From IMG/VR virus record IMGVR_UViG_3300009314_000001: 64,000 bases of DNA. The stretch is one strand, 5' to 3'. Made by a program: the position numbers and the translations under genes. The notes beneath the pieces were generated by a model. The model did no database searches, was not told the origin of the DNA, and saw only the letters and a list, made by a program, of their open reading frames with translations. This stretch comes from a virus. Lineage: Duplodnaviria > Caudoviricetes. The number at the start of each line of letters is the position of its first letter. The stretch's first letter is position 1. Positions 19,941-29,529 of this stretch are shown piece after piece.

Positions 19941-20741
19941 ATGCCAAGAAGTCCTCTCAAATACCACGGTGGCAAATCATACCTAGCAACTCGTATTCTA
20001 GCTTTGATGCCGCCACACATACATTATGTAGAACCTTATTTTGGTGGTGGTTCAGTTCTGCTTAGAAAAGATCCAGCCAAGACATCAGAAGTTGTAAATG
20101 ATATAGACCTCGATCTTACTAACTTCTGGCGAGTCTTACAGAACCCAGCTACATTCGAAGAATTCAAACGACGGATAGACGCTACCCCATTCTCCCAAGT
20201 AGAATGGGCAGAGGCCGCACCAACAGCACCGCAGCAATATCTAGATGTGGACGCCGCGATCTATTTCTTCATCAGATGCCGCCAATCACTATCAGGTAGA
20301 GGTGTCAATTTTGCCCCTGTTTCTAAGACTCGCACACGCCGAGGCATGAATGAGCAATGTTCAGCTTGGATCAACACTGTTGAAGGTCTCCCAGAAGTAC
20401 ACGCTCGTCTCCAGCGAGTATTCATTTATCACGATGATGCTGTAGTAATCATAAAGAAGAATGATAGCGTACAGACTTTATTCTACCTTGACCCAACATA
20501 TCCCCAAGGATGTGTGGCGACACAAGGAGTTTACCGATTTCAAATGTCAGACGAGCAACACATGGAAATGCTCGCAGCAATATGTAATCTAAAAGGAAAG
20601 GTAATACTATCCAGTTACCCAAATAAGATGTATGATACTGTATTGAAGGGCTGGAAGGTGAAGAACTTCGATTTGCCGAATAATGCTGCTGGAGGCAAAT
20701 CGAAGAGAAGGATGACTGAAAGAGTTTATATGAATTATTAA
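19941..20741 (+). CDS. DNA adenine methyltransferase (Dam/D12 class)
   Basis: SPLKYHGGK, YVEPYFGGGSV, VVNDID, YLDPTY (DPPY variant). Confidence 0.92.
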   Translation: MPRSPLKYHGGKSYLATRILALMPPHIHYVEPYFGGGSVLLRKDPAKTSEVVNDIDLDLTNFWRVLQNPATFEEFKRRIDATPFSQVEWAEAAPTAPQQYLDVDAAIYFFIRCRQSLSGRGVNFAPVSKTRTRRGMNEQCSAWINTVEGLPEVHARLQRVFIYHDDAVVIIKKNDSVQTLFYLDPTYPQGCVATQGVYRFQMSDEQHMEMLAAICNLKGKVILSSYPNKMYDTVLKGWKVKNFDLPNNAAGGKSKRRMTERVYMNY

Positions 20742-21979
20742 ATATTACAAGTGCCTTCCATTACAGATATTTTCCTATCTTCTATAAGCTTTCTAACGTA
20801 CTGTCTTTCCCACCCAAAATGATGTTTTCTTCTCGGTTTAGAGTACCTACTCCTTGTCTTGAAGAAATCAAAACCAGCAATAGTTACGTCTAGACCAAGA
20901 AAAGCAGCAATAGCTCGAGTGCCAGCACTAGCACTAATTACAGGACAATCGATTGCTGCACTAGCTCGTTGTTTGCTTGTTGGCCACGGATGTATTTTAT
21001 ATGCTTCTTGTGGTTTACGTCTTCGCAATGTCCTAACAACACTCCCCCCTGCAGTGATGAGATGCTTATAACCAATAGCTTCCCATTCTCGAACTCTAGC
21101 AGATTTAATTAAGCTGCTATTAACGGCCCATATATCACACCTATTGGTTCCGCCTTCATGTTCCCGATGATATCTATTGATTCTAACAACAGTATAATCA
21201 TCGAGCGATTTCCCAGTCCAATCTACTCTGGCATTACCAACTATTAATATCTTCTTGTGGTCGCAGAGTTTCAGTAACCCACGATTATGAATGGGGTGTG
21301 TGTCGAAAGTATACCCAAAAGTTTCCACGTCTCGACTATACCATTTTCCAATTAATTCTTTAGTTTTTTCACTAAGTTGACTGATATAATCAGTATTTGC
21401 GCTTTTATTAATATGAGGCAATTGTATGGGTATGCCTATCATTCTGCTAATATACTCAGTATATTCATCTAATCTTTCATAGTAACCGATCAATGGCTTA
21501 TATCGCAAATCTGGAAGAATATCTTGCTCGAAATAATGTATCTGAGGGTCAAATGGAGGCCTTCTAAGAGTTGCAATAGCCCATTGTTTTTGACAATTTA
21601 ATCTTCTGGCAAAACGATTTATGTCTCCTTTCCGAATTCTCCCTCTTCGCCACTTCCTCTTTGTTGACCCAATTATATAATGGTAGGCCGACGCAAATCT
21701 GTCCCAAGGATTTCTAACAAAGCCGAAAATGAAATAATCAGAAATATCAATAATGCCAAGATGATGTAATTTACAGATATTTTGCAAACTTAAATGCCGC
21801 ATCTTACCTCTCTGCGTCTCAAAACAGGTCGGGATACTGGAATGTTTGGAACGTAGAGCTCTGTTTAGCGCTAGACAGAAGTCGGGCCGGACATATTCTT
21901 CTAATGCGGCCTCAAAACTGAATCCAGCAGTTTTAGGATTATGAATAAATATAAATTTTTTAGAGGTACTTATTATCAT
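20738..21979 (-). CDS. sulfotransferase (Sulfotransfer_2-like) fused to a GT29-like C-terminal domain
   Basis: FIFIHNPKTAG, FVRNPWDRFASAY; then ILIVGN...VVRINRY...DIWAVN...TIAGFDFF. Confidence 0.75.
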   Translation of the reverse strand: MIISTSKKFIFIHNPKTAGFSFEAALEEYVRPDFCLALNRALRSKHSSIPTCFETQRGKMRHLSLQNICKLHHLGIIDISDYFIFGFVRNPWDRFASAYHYIIGSTKRKWRRGRIRKGDINRFARRLNCQKQWAIATLRRPPFDPQIHYFEQDILPDLRYKPLIGYYERLDEYTEYISRMIGIPIQLPHINKSANTDYISQLSEKTKELIGKWYSRDVETFGYTFDTHPIHNRGLLKLCDHKKILIVGNARVDWTGKSLDDYTVVRINRYHREHEGGTNRCDIWAVNSSLIKSARVREWEAIGYKHLITAGGSVVRTLRRRKPQEAYKIHPWPTSKQRASAAIDCPVISASAGTRAIAAFLGLDVTIAGFDFFKTRSRYSKPRRKHHFGWERQYVRKLIEDRKISVMEGTCNI

Positions 21980-22734
21980 ATATTAGCCTTATATTTCCTA
22001 GATATCCTCCTGAAATTCTCATAATCAAGATCGGTTAGTGCACCTATAGTGGTCTCGGGAGCCCTCAGCATTTCTGCAATAATATATTTGAACACTTTAT
22101 AAATTATTGGTGTCGAACGCAATATAGTACTAACTCTTCTAAGCAACTTTATCGGCATATCTCCCGGCGATGTGAATGACTGCTGTCCAGACCAAAAGGC
22201 GGGCCTTGAGTTGCGAATGCTCGGATGTACTTTCCATCTGCGCCTTGAATATGGTGATAATTCACTTGCTCTCTTCTTGCGAAACTCCCAACCCTCCTCA
22301 GTACTAGACATTCTGTTTTGTACCATTACCTCCCAACTAGCTGGTAATATAGCGATCATTGCATTTCTGCTTTCTAATGGATCGGCATGGTCAATATATG
22401 TTGTTAAGATAGAAACTAACCATCTAGTACTACAAAAACTGATCCAAAACTCGTATTTAGATTCAAACAATTCTTTAAAATATAACCAATCTTCTCTTAA
22501 GAGCTCTGGCGGCCTACTTGATCTACGCAGTCTGGCAACTAATCTTTTTAGTAGAATTGCGACACATGGTGCGTCATTAACCAATTTATCCAATGGTATA
22601 TCAACAAATTGGTCATTCTTGTCTTTACGAAGATGTTGTGAAAAGCATGCTCGACAGGTTTCATCGTCAGTCAAGTTTCTATTACAAACTAATTCAGGGC
22701 GAGCTCGAGGATTATCTTCTGCTATATAACCCAT
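21976..22734 (-). CDS. hypothetical protein, possibly glycan-locus associated
   Basis: STRWLVSILTTYIDH segment; lies within glycan genes. Confidence 0.6.
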   Translation of the reverse strand: MGYIAEDNPRARPELVCNRNLTDDETCRACFSQHLRKDKNDQFVDIPLDKLVNDAPCVAILLKRLVARLRRSSRPPELLREDWLYFKELFESKYEFWISFCSTRWLVSILTTYIDHADPLESRNAMIAILPASWEVMVQNRMSSTEEGWEFRKKRASELSPYSRRRWKVHPSIRNSRPAFWSGQQSFTSPGDMPIKLLRRVSTILRSTPIIYKVFKYIIAEMLRAPETTIGALTDLDYENFRRISRKYKANI

Positions 22735-22762
22735 AGAAATCTCCTAGATATGGAATATTAAA

Positions 22763-23626
22763 ATGCTCAAAATAGTCGCCTATCATCGCAGCCATCACAG
22801 CAAAAAGATCGCTATGGATATCCTATTGAGTAAATTTGTTACTGGTCTAAAAAGACAAAAGAACATCGATATCATCGAAGATATATACCCAAAACCAAAA
22901 CACAAACAAATAAAAAGAAAAGGGGATATAGCAGTTATCTGGGGAGGATTCAATCTAGAAAGAATAAAACGATTATACCCCAGATTCATAGTTGTTGAAC
23001 GAGCTTATGTTGGTAATAGATTCGAATGGACGTCCGCAGGATACGACGGCCTAAACGGCAGAGCAGATTTTTGCATCGACGACCAAATGCCCAGCGACAG
23101 ATGGGAAAGACACCACCAAGATTGCATGCAAGAATGGGATACCAGCGGTAACTATATATTATTAGTCGGACAGAAACAGAACGATATAGCCGTCCGCCAC
23201 ATCAAATTCAGCCGATGGATTGAAAAGACCAGATCCTTTCTTGATCATTATAATATACCAACAATTTATAGACCCCACCCAGGATTACGCAAATCCGAAG
23301 ACTTCGACAAATATATGGAAGTCTGTGGAGATGGACTAAACTCAGACCTATATCAAGTCCTGAAACAAGCAAAATATGTAATAACCTTCAACAGCAATAC
23401 TGGAGTGCTTGCAGTCCTAGCCGGTACACCAACTATTGCTATTGACGAGGGCTCGATGGTTTACGGTCTTGTGCAGAATGACATCGAAAGTGTTATTGGA
23501 CCACCACATACCCCAGACAGAACCCAATGGGCACATAACATAGCTTATTGCCAATGGTCCCCAGAAGAACTAGAAAATGGTGATTTCTGGGAATTATTAA
23601 AGAGAGGAGCTACAGAATGCAATTAG
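22763..23626 (+). CDS. capsule polysaccharide modification protein-like (KpsS/KpsC-like GT-B)
   Basis: VVERAY, LLVGQ..ND, IYRPHP, VITFNSNTGVLAVLAGTP. Confidence 0.7.
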   Translation: MLKIVAYHRSHHSKKIAMDILLSKFVTGLKRQKNIDIIEDIYPKPKHKQIKRKGDIAVIWGGFNLERIKRLYPRFIVVERAYVGNRFEWTSAGYDGLNGRADFCIDDQMPSDRWERHHQDCMQEWDTSGNYILLVGQKQNDIAVRHIKFSRWIEKTRSFLDHYNIPTIYRPHPGLRKSEDFDKYMEVCGDGLNSDLYQVLKQAKYVITFNSNTGVLAVLAGTPTIAIDEGSMVYGLVQNDIESVIGPPHTPDRTQWAHNIAYCQWSPEELENGDFWELLKRGATECN

Positions 23627-24504
23627 GTATAGAAGTAACCAGCCGCTGTAACTTACAATGTTCAATGTGTGGCTGGCCATCAATGACACGCCCAAAGAAA
23701 GACATGGAATTCTCGCTCTTTTGTAAGATAATTGACGATATCAAAAGCAGTAAAGGAAAACACGGAATCCAGCAATTACACTTCGCCGGTGAACCCTTGC
23801 TTGCCAATAGATTCGATGAAATGCTCGAGTATTTGCGCGAGCATGATATGCGTGTTGGTAATAGCTTCTCAACAAATTGTATACTATTAACACCAGAGCG
23901 AACAGATAGATTATTAGACGCTGGTTTCATAGAAGTACACAGACGGACTAAAAATGTACGACTCTGCATCGATTCGCTAGATGAAGAAGTATATGATAAA
24001 TTAAGAGTCGGCGGAAAATTAGATGTAGCAATAGAAAACGCATTATACTTCATTAGTAAGACGAAAGGTAAGCTACGCGGGCTTAAGATTCAACGGATCG
24101 TAACAGATATCAATGTTGGAGAATTAGTAGAGCGATATCGCAAATTGTTTAAAATCCCAGTAAGATCCCAATTTTGTGGCAGGCATCAAGACAAAAGCCG
24201 CGATCTCAGAGTACGCAAACACGAAGAGGACATACGCCCAAGCTGCGACCAAATATTTAGCAAGACAATGTGGGTTGCCCAAAGTGGGCTGGTTACAGCA
24301 TGCTGTCTTGATATGGATATGACTATGACATACGGTGATCTAAGCAAGCAAACAATTAAGGAAGCGTTAAAATCCAAAGCTCGCAAAGAACAAAAAAGAC
24401 AATTCAAGGCAGGCGAATACGATAAACTAACAGTATGTTCAACATGTATAGGTAATGAATGCACCCTAACACGCTATGAAAAAGATAAAAAAGCTATGAA
24501 GTAG
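23617..24504 (+). CDS. radical SAM protein with SPASM/twitch domain
   Basis: CNLQCSMC; C-terminal C...CC.D...CSTC. Confidence 0.9.
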   Translation: MQLGIEVTSRCNLQCSMCGWPSMTRPKKDMEFSLFCKIIDDIKSSKGKHGIQQLHFAGEPLLANRFDEMLEYLREHDMRVGNSFSTNCILLTPERTDRLLDAGFIEVHRRTKNVRLCIDSLDEEVYDKLRVGGKLDVAIENALYFISKTKGKLRGLKIQRIVTDINVGELVERYRKLFKIPVRSQFCGRHQDKSRDLRVRKHEEDIRPSCDQIFSKTMWVAQSGLVTACCLDMDMTMTYGDLSKQTIKEALKSKARKEQKRQFKAGEYDKLTVCSTCIGNECTLTRYEKDKKAMK

Positions 24505-24703
24505 GCCTTTTAAGACTGTCCTTCATATATTCATTATCTGGGTCTGCCATTTGCAGTTCCAGGGTGCTGTCCCCAATATCAACCATAGCACCTACGCGCG
24601 ATTTTTCGGTACTACAGCGGACACAAGTTATAGTCGTAGGTAATACCTTTAACCGCGCTTTTGGTATTGCTTTACCGCAGATTTGGCATTTCTTATCATC
24701 CAC
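24494..24703 (-). CDS. TraR/DksA C4-type zinc-finger protein
   Basis: CQICGKAIPKARLKVLPTTITCVRC; GTG start after AGGAGAGG. Confidence 0.8.
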   Translation of the reverse strand: MDDKKCQICGKAIPKARLKVLPTTITCVRCSTEKSRVGAMVDIGDSTLELQMADPDNEYMKDSLKRPTS

Positions 24704-24802
24704 GCTACCTCTCCTGTTACTAAGATACATAATTTACTTTCTCCAATTTAAAGTATTTGATTTAACATAGTAGTTCCGACAGTAACATATAAGGAGTATA
24801 GT

Positions 24803-24940
24803 ATGATTTGGGAATGTGAACCAGGAAGACTAACTGAACTGTTCGATAAAGTGCAAACCAGCGACGAAGTAGCTATGGATGGTAACATCCTAATAGTCCT
24901 CAACCCATTGTGGGGCTATATATCTTCTAACTTCCCATAA
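24803..24940 (+). CDS. small hypothetical protein (45 aa)
   Basis: AAGGAG then ATG; manual translation MIWECEPGRL... Confidence 0.45.
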   Translation: MIWECEPGRLTELFDKVQTSDEVAMDGNILIVLNPLWGYISSNFP

Positions 24941-25012
24941 TATCTCTTCAGCTATTTCAGATTCGAGGCTTCGAGCTTTATCCATCGCTTCTTGAATACC
25001 AGGAGGTATCAT
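24890..25012 (-). CDS. small hypothetical protein (40 aa)
   Basis: ATGA-coupled to the stop of 25009-25386; MIPPGIQEAMDKAR... Confidence 0.4.
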   Translation of the reverse strand: MIPPGIQEAMDKARSLESEIAEEILWEVRRYIAPQWVEDY

Positions 25013-25386
25013 CTCAAGTCCTTCATAACACTTTTCACATATTCTACGAGATTCTGTGGGAAGACTGGATCGGCTAGAACAAACGCGATATCTCCTTTAT
25101 TCTCATTTGGGTTTGCTACATGTCTTGTAACAGATGCTTCACCATCATGAATAAAAATAGCCATAGTATCCAGAAATGTCATGCCCTCAAAGACTTTTTC
25201 TGAATCCGCACTACCTTTCTGATGAAAGTCGATCTGAACCATTGCATGCGGATGTACCGACACCTTATATTGAATCCACGGACTTTCCTTGAGAGCAATC
25301 TCTATTTCCTCAGCAATCCCTTGAGCAATAAGCAGCTCTGGATTTACCGATGCACCGATATTACGAAGGTGCGTTACCCAAGTCAT
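25009..25386 (-). CDS. hypothetical protein, DP-motif family
   Basis: C-terminal FVLADPVFPQNLVEYVK. Confidence 0.7.
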   Translation of the reverse strand: MTWVTHLRNIGASVNPELLIAQGIAEEIEIALKESPWIQYKVSVHPHAMVQIDFHQKGSADSEKVFEGMTFLDTMAIFIHDGEASVTRHVANPNENKGDIAFVLADPVFPQNLVEYVKSVMKDLR

Positions 25387-25967
25387 TAGAATGGAATCTC
25401 GTCATCTAAGCTGGTTTTCTTCTGGCGAATATCACGCTCGACAGTAGTTACGAGACTAACAGCCCTAGCAAGGCTTTTCTTCATATTATCCAATTCATCT
25501 TCAACCAACGTCCAATCGTCAGGATTTACGCCAGAACCACTATCACGAAGAGCTGTCATTAAGTCTTCAATTTCTCTGATCTTAACGAATAATTTGATCC
25601 TTTCATAGACAGCATCAATGCTCTTAGGATCATTAAACTCAAATTGCATGCTCATCGACGTATGAGCACCATCCTCGCCATAATATATAATCAAATGATC
25701 TGAATAATACTCAATCTGAAAGAAATCTGTAGTTCCATCAGCATTTTCACCATATGACAAAACATCAGGATAATCATCTTTTTCATGATCGTGAATATGA
25801 ACAAGATGCGATTCAAGTCCTATATTTTGGCCCCATCCATTAGTAAACAGAGGATCTTCACTCCAACTACGCTGGATTATCATCGCATCAAAAGCTCTTG
25901 TGTTATGCCAGAGCTTTGGGACATCTTCTTCATGTTTTTGCATAGTCATGCTCCGCCGAACCGCCAT
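25386..25967 (-). CDS. hypothetical protein, DP-motif family
   Basis: FEFNDPKSIDAVY followed by a coiled coil. Confidence 0.7.
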   Translation of the reverse strand: MAVRRSMTMQKHEEDVPKLWHNTRAFDAMIIQRSWSEDPLFTNGWGQNIGLESHLVHIHDHEKDDYPDVLSYGENADGTTDFFQIEYYSDHLIIYYGEDGAHTSMSMQFEFNDPKSIDAVYERIKLFVKIREIEDLMTALRDSGSGVNPDDWTLVEDELDNMKKSLARAVSLVTTVERDIRQKKTSLDDEIPF

Positions 25968-26274
25968 GAATTACTCTCGTGATTACAGCAAGAATCCTGT
26001 CAATGCTATTGGGAGCCATTAGATCAATACGGCGACTCGCAAAGTCTGTACTCATCCTATCATCTTTTTCTCGCTTTATATTCTTCGCACACCACATAAT
26101 TTCTATTTGGACGTCTTCCACCATATAGAGCGTTACGTCATGATCTTCCAGCATCAACACGGTCTCTGTGCTAGCAGCAGGACTCGCTCTATACACTCTA
26201 GCAGCAACGCCTTGTTTCTCTAATTCATCAACAAGACCTTCAAAGAGAGCGAGTAGTATATCCTGCTCTGACAT
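25930..26274 (-). CDS. hypothetical protein, DP-motif family
   Basis: IDLMAPNSIDRIL. Confidence 0.7.
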   Translation of the reverse strand: MSEQDILLALFEGLVDELEKQGVAARVYRASPAASTETVLMLEDHDVTLYMVEDVQIEIMWCAKNIKREKDDRMSTDFASRRIDLMAPNSIDRILAVITRVIHGGSAEHDYAKT

Positions 26275-26777
26275 TATCGTGCGAACTTCACCATGTTGAC
26301 TGGAACATAGTTAGTTTCTTCGGCAGACAAATGCCGATACTTCTCTGGGTCGTACCACGGCATTCTTTCGTGTGCTCTGTGGTCGTTGGTGTGCCAGTGG
26401 CCATGTACGTTGACCCTGACACCATCAGGCCAATTCTCCTGTGGCCTATGGCTCAACAGAACATCACCAATCTGTAAGGACTCAAAAGCACCGTCGAAAC
26501 CATGCCTCATGTACCACATAGGTGACTTGTGATCATGATTTCCCATCGTCAAGAACTTGCGGCGGCACTCTATGCCGTCGAGTATTCCCTTGAGTTCTGG
26601 ATAGCGATAGAAAATAACATCCCCAAGATGTACAAGGACATCTTGGGCCGCAATTAAATAACACATGTTCCTAATAAGGAGTTCGTTATAGTTCTCAGGC
26701 CTATAACGATTCTTTATAAGTTCGTCGTGGAAGAAGTGGGTGTCGGCTATTAGCCAGTAGATGCTTGCTCTTGGCAT
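26274..26777 (-). CDS. calcineurin-like metallophosphoesterase
   Basis: ADTHF, HLGDV, GNHD, SHRP, HGHWH. Confidence 0.9.
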   Translation of the reverse strand: MPRASIYWLIADTHFFHDELIKNRYRPENYNELLIRNMCYLIAAQDVLVHLGDVIFYRYPELKGILDGIECRRKFLTMGNHDHKSPMWYMRHGFDGAFESLQIGDVLLSHRPQENWPDGVRVNVHGHWHTNDHRAHERMPWYDPEKYRHLSAEETNYVPVNMVKFAR

Positions 26778-27205
26778 TGTTTCTTTCTCCTCAATTCTCT
26801 ATTATAATGCTTCCAGCTTTTGTCGTGTGCAAAGCGAAAGCAAAAATTAGCATTCCTTGCGGCGATCTTCACCAATTCTATAAAGTTGTCAGGAAAATCA
26901 GGACAACAGTATTGGAAATCATATGTTGTAAATTCAAGCCGACGATTTACCATAGCATTCACTGTCTTCAATGCTAATGATATATGATCGACCTCGACTG
27001 TAAATGTCCCGAATTGTTGCCACGCACCACCTGAACACGGCGATACAAAACACGTATAACTGTCTCTCTTTTTAGGGATGCCAGAAGATCTAGTCGTGTC
27101 AACGCGTAACCACGTTGTATGACCACCACGTGCTATACCAACATCAGTAGAAGTATCGATAGGCAGTATTTCACAAAGTCCGTTAATAACAGCGTCGGTG
27201 ATCAT
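26750..27205 (-). CDS. hypothetical protein, DP-motif family
   Basis: FQYCCPDFPDNFIELVK. Confidence 0.65.
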   Translation of the reverse strand: MITDAVINGLCEILPIDTSTDVGIARGGHTTWLRVDTTRSSGIPKKRDSYTCFVSPCSGGAWQQFGTFTVEVDHISLALKTVNAMVNRRLEFTTYDFQYCCPDFPDNFIELVKIAARNANFCFRFAHDKSWKHYNRELRRKKQCQEQASTG

Positions 27206-27519
27206 GCGTCTTTCGGAGTGTGTTCTTCACACCATACCCCACTTTCGGTTTTGGCAACAGGATCTTTATCGCATTCTTCGTGAGAACAAGCATTCAGTTT
27301 TTTGATCAGAGCATCAATGCAGGCTTCGGTCGAATGATCTTCACCATCAGTTCCGGCAAGCCACTCTACGAATTCTTGACACAACTTGTCTGTAAACCTA
27401 TCAATTAGGATTGGCTTTTCAGATCGTTCGTTGACAAGTGATGCAATTTCGGTACGGGTAAGGCTGACACCGGCTGTAAAAAGACCGATTGATGCTAGCT
27501 TCGATTGTGGTTTACTCAT
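27202..27519 (-). CDS. hypothetical protein
   Basis: Start moved to MSKPQ, downstream of the terminator. Confidence 0.6.
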   Translation of the reverse strand: MSKPQSKLASIGLFTAGVSLTRTEIASLVNERSEKPILIDRFTDKLCQEFVEWLAGTDGEDHSTEACIDALIKKLNACSHEECDKDPVAKTESGVWCEEHTPKDA

Positions 27520-27531
27520 TTGTATTCCCCT

Positions 27532-27576
27532 AAAAACAGAGGGGGCACCCAGGTGCATCCACCCGAGCGCCCCCTC
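27532..27576 (-). terminator. intrinsic terminator after the MoxR gene
   Basis: Long GC stem GAGGGGGC...GCCCCCTC followed by TGTTTTT on the minus strand. Confidence 0.75.
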
Positions 27577-28969
27577 GTCACCACAAACACAACACTCTTT
27601 TACGAATCGGTGCCGACCGTTCCCCAGGAAACCCTGGACAAGGCCTTTTGCAGTTCCGGACGCTCGGTGAGTCGGTCCACGAACGTCTTTTTCTTTGTCT
27701 TCGACTGCTTGTTGAACTTCGAGATCATGTTCGCCAAGCGAGGATTCGAGATCACGGCCGCTCGTGCCTTCTCCTGGTGGTCCTTCGGGTTGTTCCCGCT
27801 AACCAGGGCACGGCAGAAAGCGACAACCACGTCCTTGTCGTTCGCGTGGTGAACCATGAAGCTCGCGAAATCCAAGCAAACGTCGGCGACTTCGTCCTTC
27901 TCGATCGTGTTCTTGCAGAACGACACCAAACCCCACATCAAGCCGGTCAGTTGGTTGCGATCCAGCTTCTGCAGTTGCTTCTCGTAAGCCGCAACACCAC
28001 GCGACATCAGATCACGCGGCTTCACCGGGCAGGAGTATCGCGAGAAGGCCTGAGCGAGTTCTCGACCGATCAGCCCCGAGTAAACCTCGAACGCGGCGCT
28101 CTGCGAGAAATCACCATCACGGTGTGCCTTCTGGATTTTCGCGATCATTTCCCAGGATCGTCTCGAGGGTTGCACCGAGAATCCAAGCTCGCCAGCGATG
28201 TCGCCGTCCAGGTGCTTAGTGTTCTGCGAAGCGAATTCGATCACTTCCGCAGCGTCACCGCCGTGGACATCGGACATGTAGTTGACCCATTCCTCCAAAG
28301 TCGTCTCACCAGCGGACAGCGTGATGTGGCAGAAACGGTCGAGGAAGGCCGGATCGTTGAATCCGGTAACCATATAGCCTTCCATGAAGTTTCCGGCCGC
28401 TACCACACACCACCCCGGCGGCAGAACGTACTGGCCAACGCGGCGGTCCAAGACCAACTGGAAGATAGCCTGCAGGACATCATCCTGGGCTCTGTTGACC
28501 TCGTCGATAAAGAGGATGCCACGCTGGAAGTGAGGCTGCAGCTGCTGCAACCTCTCGAAGTACTGGCGCTGCTCTTCAAGACCAGCCTTTGTCAGCCGTT
28601 TCTGGATTTCGGTGGGGATATCTACCTTCGCACCGTCGCCGCCTTTGATCCCCAAGAGTTCGGCCAATTCTACGGTGATTTGCTCTTGGTCCTTGTCGCC
28701 TAGCGGCATATCGGCGGGTGGTAGATAATGCGTTCTGCGATCTTCGCCCTTCGCTGGCAAACCGCGAATGTCGGACGCTTCCAACTGCGAGCATCGCAAG
28801 TCGATAAAACCCCAACCGTTCTCAGCGGCCAATTGTTGGACCAAACTGGACTTGCCGAGACCTCGATGGCCCCAGATGAATGGGGTCACGTCGCCTGCCC
28901 GGCAGAGCAGGACCGACTCCTTAATGACACTGATTTTCGCCATTTTCTAACTCCTCAGTTTGTGGTGAC
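27577..28969. repeat. 12-bp inverted repeat flanking the MoxR gene
   Basis: GTCACCACAAAC at 27577-27588; GTTTGTGGTGAC at 28958-28969. Confidence 0.7.
27600..28943 (-). CDS. MoxR-like AAA+ ATPase
   Basis: WGHRGLGKSS Walker A, DLRCSQLEASDIRGLP, LFIDEVNRA Walker B, AAGN, DPAFLDRF. Confidence 0.92.
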   Translation of the reverse strand: MAKISVIKESVLLCRAGDVTPFIWGHRGLGKSSLVQQLAAENGWGFIDLRCSQLEASDIRGLPAKGEDRRTHYLPPADMPLGDKDQEQITVELAELLGIKGGDGAKVDIPTEIQKRLTKAGLEEQRQYFERLQQLQPHFQRGILFIDEVNRAQDDVLQAIFQLVLDRRVGQYVLPPGWCVVAAGNFMEGYMVTGFNDPAFLDRFCHITLSAGETTLEEWVNYMSDVHGGDAAEVIEFASQNTKHLDGDIAGELGFSVQPSRRSWEMIAKIQKAHRDGDFSQSAAFEVYSGLIGRELAQAFSRYSCPVKPRDLMSRGVAAYEKQLQKLDRNQLTGLMWGLVSFCKNTIEKDEVADVCLDFASFMVHHANDKDVVVAFCRALVSGNNPKDHQEKARAAVISNPRLANMISKFNKQSKTKKKTFVDRLTERPELQKALSRVSWGTVGTDS

Positions 28970-28998
28970 AAACAACATTTATTCCTTCCGACTTATTG

Positions 28999-29529
28999 TT
29001 ACAAATCTGTATCGGAAGTTAAATTCGAGAAATCGAACTCTGGTATATCATTCGCATTGATTTCATATATGACGTCAAAGTGTAGACCTGATTCATCCTC
29101 TGTAGGCCATCCAAGACTCACAACCAATTCTTGAAGTGCAGGTACCGTAAATCGAAATGGCACCCAAAATTTATCCCTCCACCAAATTATAGAAGGACCA
29201 CCCCTGAATCCATCGGACGTCATACCAGGCGTTATACACAATAATACATCAGAACTTGGCACAGATAATCTATCCAACTTACCATCAAATAACACCCCAA
29301 TAGCACTCATGGTACCGCCATCCTTCGCATATGTCGTATACGTCCCCATCATACGGCATCTAACAGCGAGATCGGCTGTGGCAAGTACTGAAAACACCAT
29401 GAAGCCTCCAGAATCGGCTGCACTAAAGGTATTATCCTCGTACCGCCCACCCTCTATATCAAGATGCTTGGTATCTTTAGCACTCCAGTTGGGATAGGAG
29501 TTCTTCGGCATCAGGCACTTCGACTTCAT
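28999..29529 (-). CDS. hypothetical protein
   Basis: Contains WWRDKFWV, echoed in the neighbour. Confidence 0.6.
   Translation of the reverse strand: MKSKCLMPKNSYPNWSAKDTKHLDIEGGRYEDNTFSAADSGGFMVFSVLATADLAVRCRMMGTYTTYAKDGGTMSAIGVLFDGKLDRLSVPSSDVLLCITPGMTSDGFRGGPSIIWWRDKFWVPFRFTVPALQELVVSLGWPTEDESGLHFDVIYEINANDIPEFDFSNLTSDTDL

Noticed and set aside
27648-28703. 351-aa plus-strand ORF
   Set aside because: Antisense shadow of the GC-rich MoxR gene; no motifs. The same applies to 17559-18179 and the plus-strand ORFs over the capsid, 50563-53586 and 5866-8655 genes.
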